Virus record (IMG/VR): IMGVR_UViG_3300019888_000001
Location: 18,111 to 82,110 of that record
Direction: 5' to 3' (one strand)
DNA: 64,000 nt
DNA from: a virus
In this document: piece after piece, positions 1 through 10,452 of the stretch
How positions within the stretch are numbered: position 1 is the stretch's first letter
How the letters are laid out: each line of letters opens with the position of its first letter
Position numbers and translations under genes: made by a program
Notes under the pieces: generated by a model
Seen by the model: only the letters and a program-made list of their open reading frames with translations
What the model was told of the DNA's origin: nothing
Database searches by the model: none

Positions 1-1092
1 TAATGATGCCACATCAACAGATTGAACTCTCTCATGAGCATCGACGACCATTTTATCCCAGCCTTCGTCCCCGGTCTTTTTGAATACCGGAAGATCGGTT
101 GAGAGTTTATTATACGACGCGTCTAGAGCCGTGACCCAATCTTCATGGAACTTGGCCGTTTGGCTTTTCTCTGCCGCTTCGCGAGCTTTTTGCATTTCCG
201 CGAACTTACCGGCGGCGCCATCGATAGTGGATTGCTTAAGTTCTAACAACCGGTCTTGTTCGCTCAGCAAATGATCAAACCTGTTAATATCCAGGCGGTT
301 AAAATTTGCCGACAGTTCTGCTAATTTATCGCTCCTCTTATTAGGGTCTGGGTCGGAAAGAGCCGCCTGTAAATCACCAGGGGCAATCTCATACTTCTTA
401 GCCAGCGCTGTTAGGGCATTTTGAGCGGTCTTAAGAGGCGATGTAATTCTTTTCTTAAAGTCGTCAGTAGCTTCAACACGAGTAACTGAAAGTTCGTCTT
501 CATAACGTTTAATCGTTTCCTCCATCTCGGTGACCTTAGAAGCGTCTACCGCAGTTGCTTTCTTCCTGAAGTCGTCGCGTTCTGCTTCAAGAGCTTTGAT
601 CTTACCTTCCGCAATAGCCAGGTCTCCGCGCACAGCTTTGAAAGCTGAACCAGCCTTTACAGTCATCATCTCTTCCGCTTTATCTAAAGCAGCTTTGGTA
701 AGCTTTTCGGCCGGCGTTGGTCCAGTCGGCCCAGTTGCCGCTGGCTCAGGAGCGCCTGTAGGACCGGTTGCTGCCGGTTGCGTAGCGCCGGTAGGACCTG
801 TGGCCGCAGGTTGGGGAGTTCCTGTTGGGCCTGTGGGCGGTTTGGGTAAAGAGACCGGACTTGGAATTACAATCGCCGAGGTGGATGGGGGAGCAGGCGT
901 TGGAGCCGGTGTAGGAACCGGAGCAGGTGGCGTAATTGCCGTAGCGGCATTATCCACGGGGGGCTGCGCTCTGCGCATAACAAAATCTGGGTCCATTACA
1001 CCATGCGGAAACAATTTGTCGAGTTCGGCACGGATTTTGGTGGGAGCCTGACCTTCGCCGGGGATTACAGTAGGAGCGGGGTTTTCGGCCAT
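1..1092 (-). CDS. Putative capsid scaffolding protein, 3' end cut by window edge
   Basis: Open minus frame from ATG at 1092 (MAENPAPTVIPGEG...) to the edge; absent from the ORF track. Pro/Thr-rich N-terminus with PAATGPTG repeats, then coiled coil; lies downstream of portal. Confidence 0.65.
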   Translation of the reverse strand, partial: MAENPAPTVIPGEGQAPTKIRAELDKLFPHGVMDPDFVMRRAQPPVDNAATAITPPAPVPTPAPTPAPPSTSAIVIPSPVSLPKPPTGPTGTPQPAATGPTGATQPAATGPTGAPEPAATGPTGPTPAEKLTKAALDKAEEMMTVKAGSAFKAVRGDLAIAEGKIKALEAERDDFRKKATAVDASKVTEMEETIKRYEDELSVTRVEATDDFKKRITSPLKTAQNALTALAKKYEIAPGDLQAALSDPDPNKRSDKLAELSANFNRLDINRFDHLLSEQDRLLELKQSTIDGAAGKFAEMQKAREAAEKSQTAKFHEDWVTALDASYNKLSTDLPVFKKTGDEGWDKMVVDAHERVQSVDVASL

Positions 1093-1093
1093 A

Positions 1094-1492
1094 TTATTTT
1101 TCCTCAGGGGTTAATAGGTTTTTTAAAGTATCGTCCGGTTTAGGTTCTGAAGCTCGTTTGGCTTCCTCGCGTTTTTCGTCAGACGAGCGCCAAGAATCAG
1201 TCGCGGAATCTGCGGTGGGAAGTCTAGCTGGAATAGAAGCTAAGTCCAAAAAATTGGTAAGGCAGTCGAGGTAGCCCTCTCGTTTAGCGCCCATCAACGC
1301 ATACTGCTCCATAAGTCCGGCGGTTCCAGACATGGCCGAGGGAGTAAAAGCTTTCTCTCGTACAATTTCCAGAGCTTCAGCCATAAGCGGGTCATTAAGA
1401 ATCACGGAAAATTCTTGACCTTTAGTAGGATGCTTTTTCCACTGATCGAATTTAGTTAACATAATATTACGCGCTATTACAGGCAACCGCAC
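1094..1492 (-). CDS. Hypothetical protein between portal and scaffold (ATG at 1462 is an alternative start)
   Basis: Fills the gap in the head operon; TTGACA-N17-TAAGGT lies upstream on the minus strand. Confidence 0.65.
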   Translation of the reverse strand: MRLPVIARNIMLTKFDQWKKHPTKGQEFSVILNDPLMAEALEIVREKAFTPSAMSGTAGLMEQYALMGAKREGYLDCLTNFLDLASIPARLPTADSATDSWRSSDEKREEAKRASEPKPDDTLKNLLTPEEK

Positions 1493-1529
1493 CTTAAGAC
1501 CTACTCTTTAACGTGTCAACTAATTATTT

Positions 1530-3932
1530 TTAAGGAGCGGGTTTAGGCTTGGCCGCTGCCTTAGCTTTGGCCTCAATTACTTTAAGATTTTGTTGATGCT
1601 CCTCCTCTTTTCGACGCTGTTCAGCCTTGCTCTCGGCCATCTTCTGAGCATGAGCCTCGTCTTTCCGTCGCTGCTCGGCTTGGCTTTCCCTGGTCTTTAT
1701 ACCCAACTCAGCCGCCTGGTTAGCTGGATTCTGGTTCGAGGTAACATCTACAATGTGAGCATGAGTTCTAGTAGCAGCCTCCGCATCTTTCAGAGCGCGT
1801 TCTTGGTCTGATTTTTCTTGGTTATGCTTCATCTGCTGGGCATGCGCTTGGTCCTTACGGCGCTGCTCAGCTTGGCTTTCTTGAGCCTTGAGAGCCTGGT
1901 CGGAGGTCTGTTGCTGACCCTGCGCCGCTTGTTTAGACTGGAGTTGTTGGGCGTGATCCATGGCGGCTTGTACTCGCTCCTGCGCGTTACTGACCTGGCG
2001 GGTAAGTTCGGCCACAAGTTTGCCCTGAAGCTTATCAGGCTTCACGACCTGCATATGCTGGCTGATATGCTGCAGTTTAACCTGGGCGCCCTGAATCAGT
2101 TGAGGCGTAACTTGCCCTGATTCCAACGCATCTAAGTCGCCGGTCAAACTTGGTAAGTGAACTTGGGTGTGCAGAATATGATTGTCATTTGGTACCACTG
2201 TTGCCGGCGTCCCGGCAGACATAACGCTATTTTGGAGTTCCGCTATCTCCAGATCAACCGGCATACGGCCACCAGTGGTAATCGTTGGCACATACCGATC
2301 AACTTGAGAGTATCCACAGCGTTGGGCAAATCGGTCGCGCAATAGCGCATTTTGCCCGACCGGATCGAGGGACCCATAGTACTGCATAAATTCGTCAAGT
2401 GCCAGTAAGCGATTGGTTGGGGAACCATAGCCTACTGCCCTGACAGGCATCACTCGAGGGGTATTATAAATTGCTTCTAACGGAACACCGCGCTCGTGGC
2501 AGCGTTTACGAAAGTCCCAAACTTCACGGCCACCTGGATCTTTGGGTCGCAAAGTTCTAGAGGCCGTCCTCCGCCACACTTCATTAAGATGTCGACCCCA
2601 AGGTTGATAAAAAAGATTCATAGACGCTGTGGGTAGCACAGCTTCTTTCATCAGTTCGGATTGAACTTCGAACTTGGTTTTTTCGTTGGTTTCGTCAGTG
2701 GACTTGGAAAGGAAATCTCCAGTGTTAGTTCGCATTGTGAGCGACATTTCCTGGATAATCGGAAGAATAGATGTAGACGGATTGTTAAGCTGGCTATTCT
2801 GAACCTGTAGGCCAGGCGGCATATAGATAGCGCCGCCGTAGAATAGAAGAGCCATATCTTCTGCGTCGGAGGGAGTTTTAGGCTGGAGGAGAAGGCTACC
2901 CGCGAATTTGGCGTTGTCTACTGTTTGGCACCGGAGAGTGTTTAGCACTTGTACGATGGGGTAGATTTCGTGAGCTAGACCGCGGATTGAATGGAGCGTA
3001 CCATTAGACCCGACCTCAAAAGGGAAATACGTAAAACACTGATTAATGTTATCGAACCGATTCTCACACTTAAAAAGAAAATCATCATTACCAAAACTCC
3101 GCAAAGTAAGATACTGCGAAACCCTACCCGAAAATTCCCTGATCCAGACATGCACCAGTTTCACTGTTTCCTGCGACATTGCTGTAGCAAAAATATCGTT
3201 GTTCTTTAAAATTTGTTGGAGTTTTTCCCAAGCGCCAACTGTGAAAATTAAATTCTGGTCTACGGCATTTACGATTGCTTTCTGAACCTCTTTAACATTC
3301 CATCGCTTATCTTTTGGATCTAAGTCTTTAATATACTGATACATCCGTCCTACCGATATATCGCGCATAGCTATGGCTATATCTACCTCTTCTTCATTGG
3401 CTAGTGTTCCACGTGGCAGTTTAAAGTCTTCTAAACCAGCGACTTGCCATTTCCAGTCTACTTCATCTGGAAAGTAAAGAAAACCTAAACCATGTGTGGT
3501 AAATTTTTGAATTAGAAGTTGAAAGTAGGGATCAAAACACGACCATTCTTTCAGCATACGGTGCCATTCTTCGGCCATGATATTATTCCACCCTGGCCGT
3601 TGTAAAGGGTCTCCGAAATCTGTCAAAGGAATAGCTAGTGTAGGAACGGAGTCAGTCAGATCATAATAACCAGCCATCTCAGCTTTAAGCCGAGCTTTCA
3701 TATCCCCAAAATTAAGATTACAACGCCCATGCTGTCCTGTATCTGAAAGATGCCGAGCATCAAAAGGAGGAGCCCCATCAGCCGCGGCTTGAATGTCCTG
3801 TCGAGCTAGCGCGCTATAAGTGTCGCTGTAAATTATTTTTCGTACAACTGCGTTTAGACTTATAGCGTCAGTTATACGTGTGATAGGAGCTTTACCCGTT
3901 TTGGAGTCAAGCGTTCTTAAATTCGCGTCCAT
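1530..3932 (-). CDS. Portal protein
   Basis: 800 aa, downstream of terminase; portal-like core, PNDNHILH motif, Gln/Ala-rich coiled-coil tail as in P22/N4-like portals. Confidence 0.75.
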   Translation of the reverse strand: MDANLRTLDSKTGKAPITRITDAISLNAVVRKIIYSDTYSALARQDIQAAADGAPPFDARHLSDTGQHGRCNLNFGDMKARLKAEMAGYYDLTDSVPTLAIPLTDFGDPLQRPGWNNIMAEEWHRMLKEWSCFDPYFQLLIQKFTTHGLGFLYFPDEVDWKWQVAGLEDFKLPRGTLANEEEVDIAIAMRDISVGRMYQYIKDLDPKDKRWNVKEVQKAIVNAVDQNLIFTVGAWEKLQQILKNNDIFATAMSQETVKLVHVWIREFSGRVSQYLTLRSFGNDDFLFKCENRFDNINQCFTYFPFEVGSNGTLHSIRGLAHEIYPIVQVLNTLRCQTVDNAKFAGSLLLQPKTPSDAEDMALLFYGGAIYMPPGLQVQNSQLNNPSTSILPIIQEMSLTMRTNTGDFLSKSTDETNEKTKFEVQSELMKEAVLPTASMNLFYQPWGRHLNEVWRRTASRTLRPKDPGGREVWDFRKRCHERGVPLEAIYNTPRVMPVRAVGYGSPTNRLLALDEFMQYYGSLDPVGQNALLRDRFAQRCGYSQVDRYVPTITTGGRMPVDLEIAELQNSVMSAGTPATVVPNDNHILHTQVHLPSLTGDLDALESGQVTPQLIQGAQVKLQHISQHMQVVKPDKLQGKLVAELTRQVSNAQERVQAAMDHAQQLQSKQAAQGQQQTSDQALKAQESQAEQRRKDQAHAQQMKHNQEKSDQERALKDAEAATRTHAHIVDVTSNQNPANQAAELGIKTRESQAEQRRKDEAHAQKMAESKAEQRRKEEEHQQNLKVIEAKAKAAAKPKPAP

Positions 3933-3961
3933 TAGATAGACGTTATCTTACAGCTTTTTCG

Positions 3962-4396
3962 TTAGAACACAACTTTAGGTTTATGGTTAAGGGAAACCCC
4001 TTTTTGAGAGTTTTCTTTACTAAAAATGATCTGGAGGTTTTCTGCCGAATGGGCGCCTCCCTTAGCTAAGGGAATAATATGATCAACCGCAACATCAAAA
4101 CGCTTACGCAATTCCTTAGCCCGAGCATAAATCTTTTTAATAGCTTCCACATTTCCTATGGTAGCTTTTTGCCGCCTTGCTCTACGTTTTGCTTCATGGA
4201 AAGTAAATAGCTCGCTATGCCTTCTTTTCCAGGCACTCCAATATTCAGGGTTAGCGTTTCTAAATTTTCTGCTTGCTTCACATGCATGGTTAGGAAAAGC
4301 TAATCGAATTAAGCGAGCGTATTCCCTATATACATCAGGAAATTTGGCCATACGAATCTTGTAATATTCTTTTTCTTTCTCAACTCTGGTTTTCAT
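3962..4396 (-). CDS. HNH homing endonuclease
   Basis: VDHIIPLAKGGAHSAENLQ..N..K motif; start placed at ATG 4396 (MKTRVEKE), overlapping the upstream stop. Confidence 0.85.
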   Translation of the reverse strand: MKTRVEKEKEYYKIRMAKFPDVYREYARLIRLAFPNHACEASRKFRNANPEYWSAWKRRHSELFTFHEAKRRARRQKATIGNVEAIKKIYARAKELRKRFDVAVDHIIPLAKGGAHSAENLQIIFSKENSQKGVSLNHKPKVVF

Positions 4397-5132
4397 ATAA
4401 GGTATAAATACTCCCATCTTTACAGCCGTGCACGAGCACAGCTTCTTCTGGAATTGGGACACTATAGTCGTGATAGTTAACAGGATCCACGGCGTCCATA
4501 ACAATTTGATTTTTTTCGTTTCGACGATATCTGCAGGTTCCCCACCTATGGGCAAGCAAGTTTGTGTCGTGAGTTTCTGGAACTACCTCTTCTCCAGTCC
4601 AGGTATCCCAGCTAATCGTTGCGGGCACACTTTGAATCATTTTACACCGCCGCATATAATCGGCAGGGTACGTCGCGACCCCCATTAAGTGGTGCCCTTT
4701 TTCAAACCGCGCTCCAGTTTCAAGATTCTTATAACGAGAAATATTAATGTGGCCCATATATGGTTTTTTAGATTGGGCGTATTCTTTTTCCCAGGTTTCT
4801 AACCAACCTGGCGCGAATGGAAAAACATCGCTTTCTAACCAAAACCACGGAAGAGTATTGTCTTTTGTTTCCAAATAGTCTGCAGTAGCTATAAACATAG
4901 AATTTGGCCCAGCCGGCCACGCTTCATCTTCAAACTCAGGAACCGTGAAGTCTACTTTTTTGAACCCTTTCGCGAGAATCGCTACAATCTCCGGAGCGTC
5001 CAACTTTACGCGCCAAGATGACACCACAAGAGCTTCGTGATCCTGCATACCGCCAAGTTTAACAATTCGTTCTGCTAACGCTCGGGCAAGCATGAAGTCG
5101 CCATAGCTAACGGGAAAAACCGGAAGTATCAT
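4380..5132 (-). CDS. Putative GT-A fold glycosyltransferase-like protein
   Basis: WFWLESDVFP (DxD-like) and C-terminal VLVHGCKD; family assignment is tentative. Confidence 0.5.
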   Translation of the reverse strand: MILPVFPVSYGDFMLARALAERIVKLGGMQDHEALVVSSWRVKLDAPEIVAILAKGFKKVDFTVPEFEDEAWPAGPNSMFIATADYLETKDNTLPWFWLESDVFPFAPGWLETWEKEYAQSKKPYMGHINISRYKNLETGARFEKGHHLMGVATYPADYMRRCKMIQSVPATISWDTWTGEEVVPETHDTNLLAHRWGTCRYRRNEKNQIVMDAVDPVNYHDYSVPIPEEAVLVHGCKDGSIYTLYENQS

Positions 5133-5500
5133 TAGAATAGTTTGATTGGCGCAGCTTCGGGATGAAGTACGGGATCAGTAACCGCCTGCACTGCGCCTCT
5201 TGCTGAAGCTTGGGCTTCAAACCTAGCTGTGTCTAAATCGACCTCATTCTTACTTAAAGAAATATACGCAGAAAGAAACGCCGCCTGGTAGGCTGGAAAG
5301 TAAGCCGCGGCGCGTAAGTTAGGATCGTAACCGTCAGGTAGGAATTGTTTGATAGCAGACGCGACCGCCCAGCTAGCCACTTTGGTGGCCGTCCCAGATA
5401 ATCGGCTCAGGGCTTTTTCGGATTGGTCTTTGCGATGCTGGGGCGTTATGGTAATAACTTTCTTAGGCTCCTTCTCCGCATCTTCAGGGGGTTTAGACAT
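5132..5500 (-). CDS. Hypothetical protein
   Basis: ATG-started, translationally coupled in the packaging operon. Confidence 0.65.
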   Translation of the reverse strand: MSKPPEDAEKEPKKVITITPQHRKDQSEKALSRLSGTATKVASWAVASAIKQFLPDGYDPNLRAAAYFPAYQAAFLSAYISLSKNEVDLDTARFEAQASARGAVQAVTDPVLHPEAAPIKLF

Positions 5501-5508
5501 ATTATATA

Positions 5509-7326
5509 TTACAACCGTTTGCCCCGATATGCTGAAGATAAATTAACTGGCATCATACGTGTAAACGAACTTAATCGGCGGACCGTGTCACGCCACGGAG
5601 TTCCTTTTGTAATAAACTCTTGCTGTTGTAGAGTTGTCATATGCGTCGCGAACCCCAACCGCTGCCGGCACAATTCAACCAGAATAAAACCTGCCTCGGC
5701 CAGATCGGGCGAAAACCCTGTTCGAACTTTCATATCTTCTTTGGGCTCCGCGTACAGTCGTTTTTCAGCACCGGTGGTTCCATACTTACGTACCGTCATC
5801 TCTTTAGCCATTGCCGGCGCGATCCCTTTAAGTTGGCCTTGACGCAAGAGTTCCTTCGCAGAATACCAAAGCTCAGTAGCGCGATTATAATATCGCTCGT
5901 TGGCGGGTCTAAGATCCGTTAGGCTGACCGGCAGTTCGCTGGCCTTACCACCGAACCTAACACGGAGCACGTTTCTAGACCAAATGATATCGAGTACATC
6001 ACAGAACGGATCCCCGGCACCAGTGGAATCGACGGCTGCATATTGGGGCTGCACGCCTTCCCGAACACAAAGATCGCGGAACTTGCCCGCAATCTGCATG
6101 GTGCGGTTGTCGACTTTATTCGTAACATCTTCAACCAGCTCCACATAACGATCTAAGTTGATTACCCGAACGCCGTCTGTATTCACACCGACCGTGCCTA
6201 GATAAACCATCGACCGGTCACCCCCGTTCGTAAAACTGGGGTCGAGCGCGGCCACTCTAATAAGAGGTGAGGAGCCCCAGATAGCCGGAATGTCGCCACG
6301 CCACTTCACAATATCCTGTTCGCTGTAGATCAAGTCCTCTTGACCCATAGGACTCGGGAACCCCCGAACCATTCGCCAGAAACGAATTGAGTTTTCACCG
6401 CCTTCAGCGGCTTTCGCTTCCTCCACTTTTTCCTTGGTAGGAAGAAACGGAACTCCGTTAATCCCGAACTGACTGGTCGGGTCGGTAATCGCGGGCGACT
6501 TTGTAGCATCGAAGTGAAGCGATACGCCGTATTCTGACTCCCATTTGAAATCGTTAACCGTAATCGAGGTCCATCCAGCTTTTGGTTTCCAGAGTTTCGC
6601 AAAAGGATCGTAATATCCAGGCGGGTTTGCGGCACCGATAAATTGATACGAGGGGTTTGAACTGAGGTTACCCCCGGGCAGAGCATACTCCAAAACCGCA
6701 TCTGTGAGTTCGCTAAGCTCATCCGCGAACACGATAACGTTTTTATTGTGGAAACCGATAAGCTTCTCGGTCGCCTCTTTCTCCACTTTCCGATCCGCGG
6801 CGACTAGCGATATGCTGGATTTGTCAGAACTGGTAAACTTCGTAGAAGCAAACCGCACAATTCCAATAGAATCGATTACTTTTAGTGGAAGGCCGGGAGG
6901 AGGAATCACGCGAATGAAATCAAGCAGGGAGCCCCAAGCGCGCTTGCGACTTTCTTTTAAACTCGTAGATAGAATAGCGCATAACGTGTTACGAGCATCT
7001 GCGAGGAAATTAATCAAGATCCATAACGCCACTGTTTCCGATTTCGTGCTCGAAGCACAGCCTCCGAGAGCCACATATCTATGCACGCACAGTTCGTCGA
7101 TGATGGCTTCAGACCAAGCATTCCGGATAAAGAATTTGCTCCGGTTTCGTACCGGGTTTTTCGGCCCGTATAGAAGATTAACTATCTTCCAAAAATGCTC
7201 AGGCTGCCCGAGGCCTCCTTGCTCAACAGTGCGCTTAGTTTTGAAGCAATGTAGCTCTATATCTAACGGGTTCCAGGAAATAGGAAAGCGCAAACCATAC
7301 TTATCTTTATAAGAAACGTTAGCCAT
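5509..7326 (-). CDS. terL: Terminase large subunit
   Basis: Walker A-like GCASSTKS, Walker B VIVFADE, motif III GAANP, RNase H-like LDPSFTNGGD and C-terminal SPDLAEA. Confidence 0.9.
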   Translation of the reverse strand: MANVSYKDKYGLRFPISWNPLDIELHCFKTKRTVEQGGLGQPEHFWKIVNLLYGPKNPVRNRSKFFIRNAWSEAIIDELCVHRYVALGGCASSTKSETVALWILINFLADARNTLCAILSTSLKESRKRAWGSLLDFIRVIPPPGLPLKVIDSIGIVRFASTKFTSSDKSSISLVAADRKVEKEATEKLIGFHNKNVIVFADELSELTDAVLEYALPGGNLSSNPSYQFIGAANPPGYYDPFAKLWKPKAGWTSITVNDFKWESEYGVSLHFDATKSPAITDPTSQFGINGVPFLPTKEKVEEAKAAEGGENSIRFWRMVRGFPSPMGQEDLIYSEQDIVKWRGDIPAIWGSSPLIRVAALDPSFTNGGDRSMVYLGTVGVNTDGVRVINLDRYVELVEDVTNKVDNRTMQIAGKFRDLCVREGVQPQYAAVDSTGAGDPFCDVLDIIWSRNVLRVRFGGKASELPVSLTDLRPANERYYNRATELWYSAKELLRQGQLKGIAPAMAKEMTVRKYGTTGAEKRLYAEPKEDMKVRTGFSPDLAEAGFILVELCRQRLGFATHMTTLQQQEFITKGTPWRDTVRRLSSFTRMMPVNLSSAYRGKRL

Positions 7327-7927
7327 TCCTGCCCTTTAATAAATTATCATGTATCCATAACGGCTGCAGATTTTTAAAATTAAAACATTCATGCTGTTGG
7401 GACACCTTCGTAAGGTCAAATTTACAAACGGGCTTAATATGATCAATATGCCACATGCGGCGGTTTTCCCACGTCATTCCTGGAAGAAATTTACTGGCTA
7501 AATAATCGAGTAAAGTCTTTATAGAGCACCCTATTAATTGTTCAGTAGTTTTGCTTTTTCTCGTACCTTGGGATCGTATGGCCGAATTTATTCTACAACG
7601 TAGACGCCCCATAATCACAAAACCAGGATTTTTAACTCGCTGTTTTTGGGCCCATTTTGTAGCATACTTCCTATGATACAATTTATATTCTTTCGTGTTT
7701 CTTCGCCGTTGCCAGTATTGGCGAACATATTCTTTGTGGGTGATATACCAAAGTTTGGAACACATTATTTTTTTTGCTCTATTTTTATGATAGTTTTTTT
7801 TGGCGGCCGCTTTTAATCTGACGCTATGCTTTTTCCGGTAAAAACACGCACGCGCTATACATGCGTCTTTATGCTCCAAATAGTATTTTTTATCATACGC
7901 CTTTTTATCCTGTTTATTTTTAAACAT
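7319..7927 (-). CDS. HNH homing endonuclease (GMTWEN..WHIDH family)
   Basis: GMTWENRRMWHIDHIKP...NLQPLW..DNL.KG; start is uncertain. Confidence 0.85.
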   Translation of the reverse strand: MFKNKQDKKAYDKKYYLEHKDACIARACFYRKKHSVRLKAAAKKNYHKNRAKKIMCSKLWYITHKEYVRQYWQRRRNTKEYKLYHRKYATKWAQKQRVKNPGFVIMGRLRCRINSAIRSQGTRKSKTTEQLIGCSIKTLLDYLASKFLPGMTWENRRMWHIDHIKPVCKFDLTKVSQQHECFNFKNLQPLWIHDNLLKGRNG

Positions 7928-8031
7928 TAAAACAGTATAATTCAAATCCCGAAATAAAGCCATATAAAAGATTGTCTTAAAGGCATAAAAATAGTTGTAG
8001 ATCAGCGTATTAGACGTTACTCTTAATAACC

Positions 8032-8400
8032 GTGAAATCAAACCGAAAGCGCAAATCTTGGAAGGCCTCGTTGTTTATGGATTTGTATCCTGTCGCTATT
8101 CATATTAACGTCGTGGACAACACCGCAAACTGGACGGCTACACATAATTTTCCGGTTAATAACAACCGGGTAGCGTGTTGTGGCCGCGACGGTACAGGAA
8201 ATTTTATGCTGGTCTTCCAGCGTGATTATTTAACGCATAGAGTTATCGCGCATGAAATTTCACATTGCGTTTTTAGAATCGGCGAATATATAGGCATGCC
8301 ACATGAGAACGCGTCCGACGAAGCCTACGCGGCATTGCATGAACATTTGACATACTGGGTTTTATCCCAATGTAAGAAGCACGGCACCAAAATTTTCTAA
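8032..8400 (+). CDS. Small zincin-like (HExxH) protein
   Basis: IAHEISH motif with downstream EAYA. Confidence 0.6.
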   Translation: MKSNRKRKSWKASLFMDLYPVAIHINVVDNTANWTATHNFPVNNNRVACCGRDGTGNFMLVFQRDYLTHRVIAHEISHCVFRIGEYIGMPHENASDEAYAALHEHLTYWVLSQCKKHGTKIF

Positions 8401-8414
8401 ACAGGCTAAAATTT

Positions 8415-8918
8415 ATGACTCCAAAAGCCAGAAGCTACCAGCGAGCATATCGCCTAAAAAATAAAGAGCACATACGGGCTACGAAACGCAGATGGTTTTT
8501 GGCCAATATTGTTAAAGTACGAGAAGCGCAAAAACGATGGCGGTATAGCAGTTCGGTTAATCTCGAAAGAGCTAGAGCCAGAACTAGAAAATGGAATAAT
8601 GCAAATCCTGGTAAACTGAGAGCTATGCGCTTGAAGCGGGAATATAACCTTACTGTAGAAGAATATAATCTTATTCTTGCTGTTCAAAACGGTCTTTGTG
8701 CTGGATGCAAACAACCTGCAACTAACTTCAAACGCTCTCTTCACGTTGACCACGATCACTCAAAAAAGATTGTCAGAGGTTTGCTATGTTGGAGATGCAA
8801 TCATATGCTGCCCGCGCGCCGAAACCTTAAAGAAATTCTCGAAAACTTAGCAAGCTATATCAACAACCCGCCCGCTACTAAAGCCCTTGGCGAAGAAAGA
8901 AAAACTCGTGGCGCCTAG
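8415..8918 (+). CDS. Endonuclease VII-like homing endonuclease
   Basis: QNGLCAGC...HVDHDH...VRGLLCWRCN. Confidence 0.88.
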   Translation: MTPKARSYQRAYRLKNKEHIRATKRRWFLANIVKVREAQKRWRYSSSVNLERARARTRKWNNANPGKLRAMRLKREYNLTVEEYNLILAVQNGLCAGCKQPATNFKRSLHVDHDHSKKIVRGLLCWRCNHMLPARRNLKEILENLASYINNPPATKALGEERKTRGA

Positions 8919-10452
8919 ATTCTCCATTAGCATAGTCGCATTCAACAAGTTGGAGTACACGAAAAAGTGCATCGAATCCGTTATAGCGGGGGGCGGGGAT
9001 TTCGAAATCTTGCTTACCGACAATGCCTCAACAGATGGTTCCGGACAATGGATGGACGAGTTAACATCAAAAGATCCTCGCGTACATGTAGTCCATAACA
9101 CTACGAATCGTGGGTTCAAGGAACCACAGAACGACGCGTGCGCCCGAGCGAAGGGAAAATTTTTTGTCTGCTTAAACAACGACACCGAAGTACCAAAAGA
9201 CTGGTTAATGCTTCTGGAGCAACCTTTTATTGACTTCTCGGAGACCGCGACTATTTCGGGGCCATCAGGAACTTGTTGTGAATTTAAAGACAGTTTTCCT
9301 AGCTGGCATGGCCGAATTGGAAACAATGTTGAATACATCGAGGGTTCCTGTCTCTGTATTCCTACCGCCCTGGCTAAAAAATATACACTATTCGCTCCAC
9401 ATTTTAAATTTGCTTATGCCGAAGATGCAGATTTATCTCTACGAATGCGCGCGATGGGAAAAACGATTCACCAAGTTCCATTTCGCATAATGCATCATCG
9501 GGGGGCAACATCAAATGGAATGCCTGGAATGGCTGAAATTCAAATAGCCAACTCGGCAATAATGACTGAGCGGTGGGCCAATTACCATAAATTTCGACGT
9601 TTTGATTTACCGATAGTTATTCGACGAGACGAGGCGTTAGGAGACGTGTTATTAACTACTCCGCTTATTCGGGCTCTCCGAGAGCAAATGCCTCGATCCG
9701 AACTTTTTTTTGAAACAGCGCTGCCACATGTGCTTAAACACAACTTGAAAATTAAGAAACGAGAACCCTGGGGACGATGGGATGGTTCGACAGGAGACCA
9801 AAATTTATATCAATGGGCAAGAGTTATAAACTTAAACATGTCCTATGAAAACATGCTTCAAACGCATATTGTCGATGGTTACTTTAAAAAAGCACTAATC
9901 GTCCCTGTGGGGTCAGACTATCGGCATACTGAAAACTATTACACTGAAGCAGATATTGCCTTTGCGGAAACAAACTTGCCCGGAGAACAGTGGGTGGCGG
10001 TTCATCCCGGGCCGTCAACTTGGCAAGGTAAGGCTTGGCCAGAAGATAGATTTAGAAAGTTATGCGTCTGGCTCATGGATAATAAATGGAGAGTAGTGAT
10101 AGTCGGCCATCAAGGAGGCCCCGGCTATCCTAGCTATCATGATCTTAGAGGTCACACAAGTTTACAACAACTTGCTGCAGTCATGGCCCGCTGTAAATTT
10201 GCGGTATGCTTAGACTCGTTTCCTCTTCACGTAGCCGAAAGTGTGGGAACGCCAGTAATCGGATTATTCGGGGTAACAGACCCTCAATTCATCCTGACTA
10301 GAAAACCTTCGTATTCTATAATGGGAGTCGCGCCTTGCTCCGGTCAACGACATCGTGAAATTGGCAAAGTTCAAATGCCGTGCGATGGTGCTTGTATCGC
10401 TAGTATATCTCTAGACCAAGTTAAAGAAAAAGTATACGCCATCACAAAATGA
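8887..10452 (+). CDS. Glycosyltransferase, GT2 + GT9 (heptosyltransferase-like) fusion
   Basis: DNASTDGS, LNND and YAEDADLS (GT2); LGDVLLTTPLIRAL, KAWPEDRF, DSFPLHVA..GTPVIGLFG (GT9). Confidence 0.9.
   Translation: MAKKEKLVAPRFSISIVAFNKLEYTKKCIESVIAGGGDFEILLTDNASTDGSGQWMDELTSKDPRVHVVHNTTNRGFKEPQNDACARAKGKFFVCLNNDTEVPKDWLMLLEQPFIDFSETATISGPSGTCCEFKDSFPSWHGRIGNNVEYIEGSCLCIPTALAKKYTLFAPHFKFAYAEDADLSLRMRAMGKTIHQVPFRIMHHRGATSNGMPGMAEIQIANSAIMTERWANYHKFRRFDLPIVIRRDEALGDVLLTTPLIRALREQMPRSELFFETALPHVLKHNLKIKKREPWGRWDGSTGDQNLYQWARVINLNMSYENMLQTHIVDGYFKKALIVPVGSDYRHTENYYTEADIAFAETNLPGEQWVAVHPGPSTWQGKAWPEDRFRKLCVWLMDNKWRVVIVGHQGGPGYPSYHDLRGHTSLQQLAAVMARCKFAVCLDSFPLHVAESVGTPVIGLFGVTDPQFILTRKPSYSIMGVAPCSGQRHREIGKVQMPCDGACIASISLDQVKEKVYAITK

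Noticed and set aside
80-1051. Plus-strand ORFs 80-274 and 530-1051
   Set aside because: Antisense shadows of the scaffold-like gene; likewise most short ORFs opposite portal, terminase and the giant protein.
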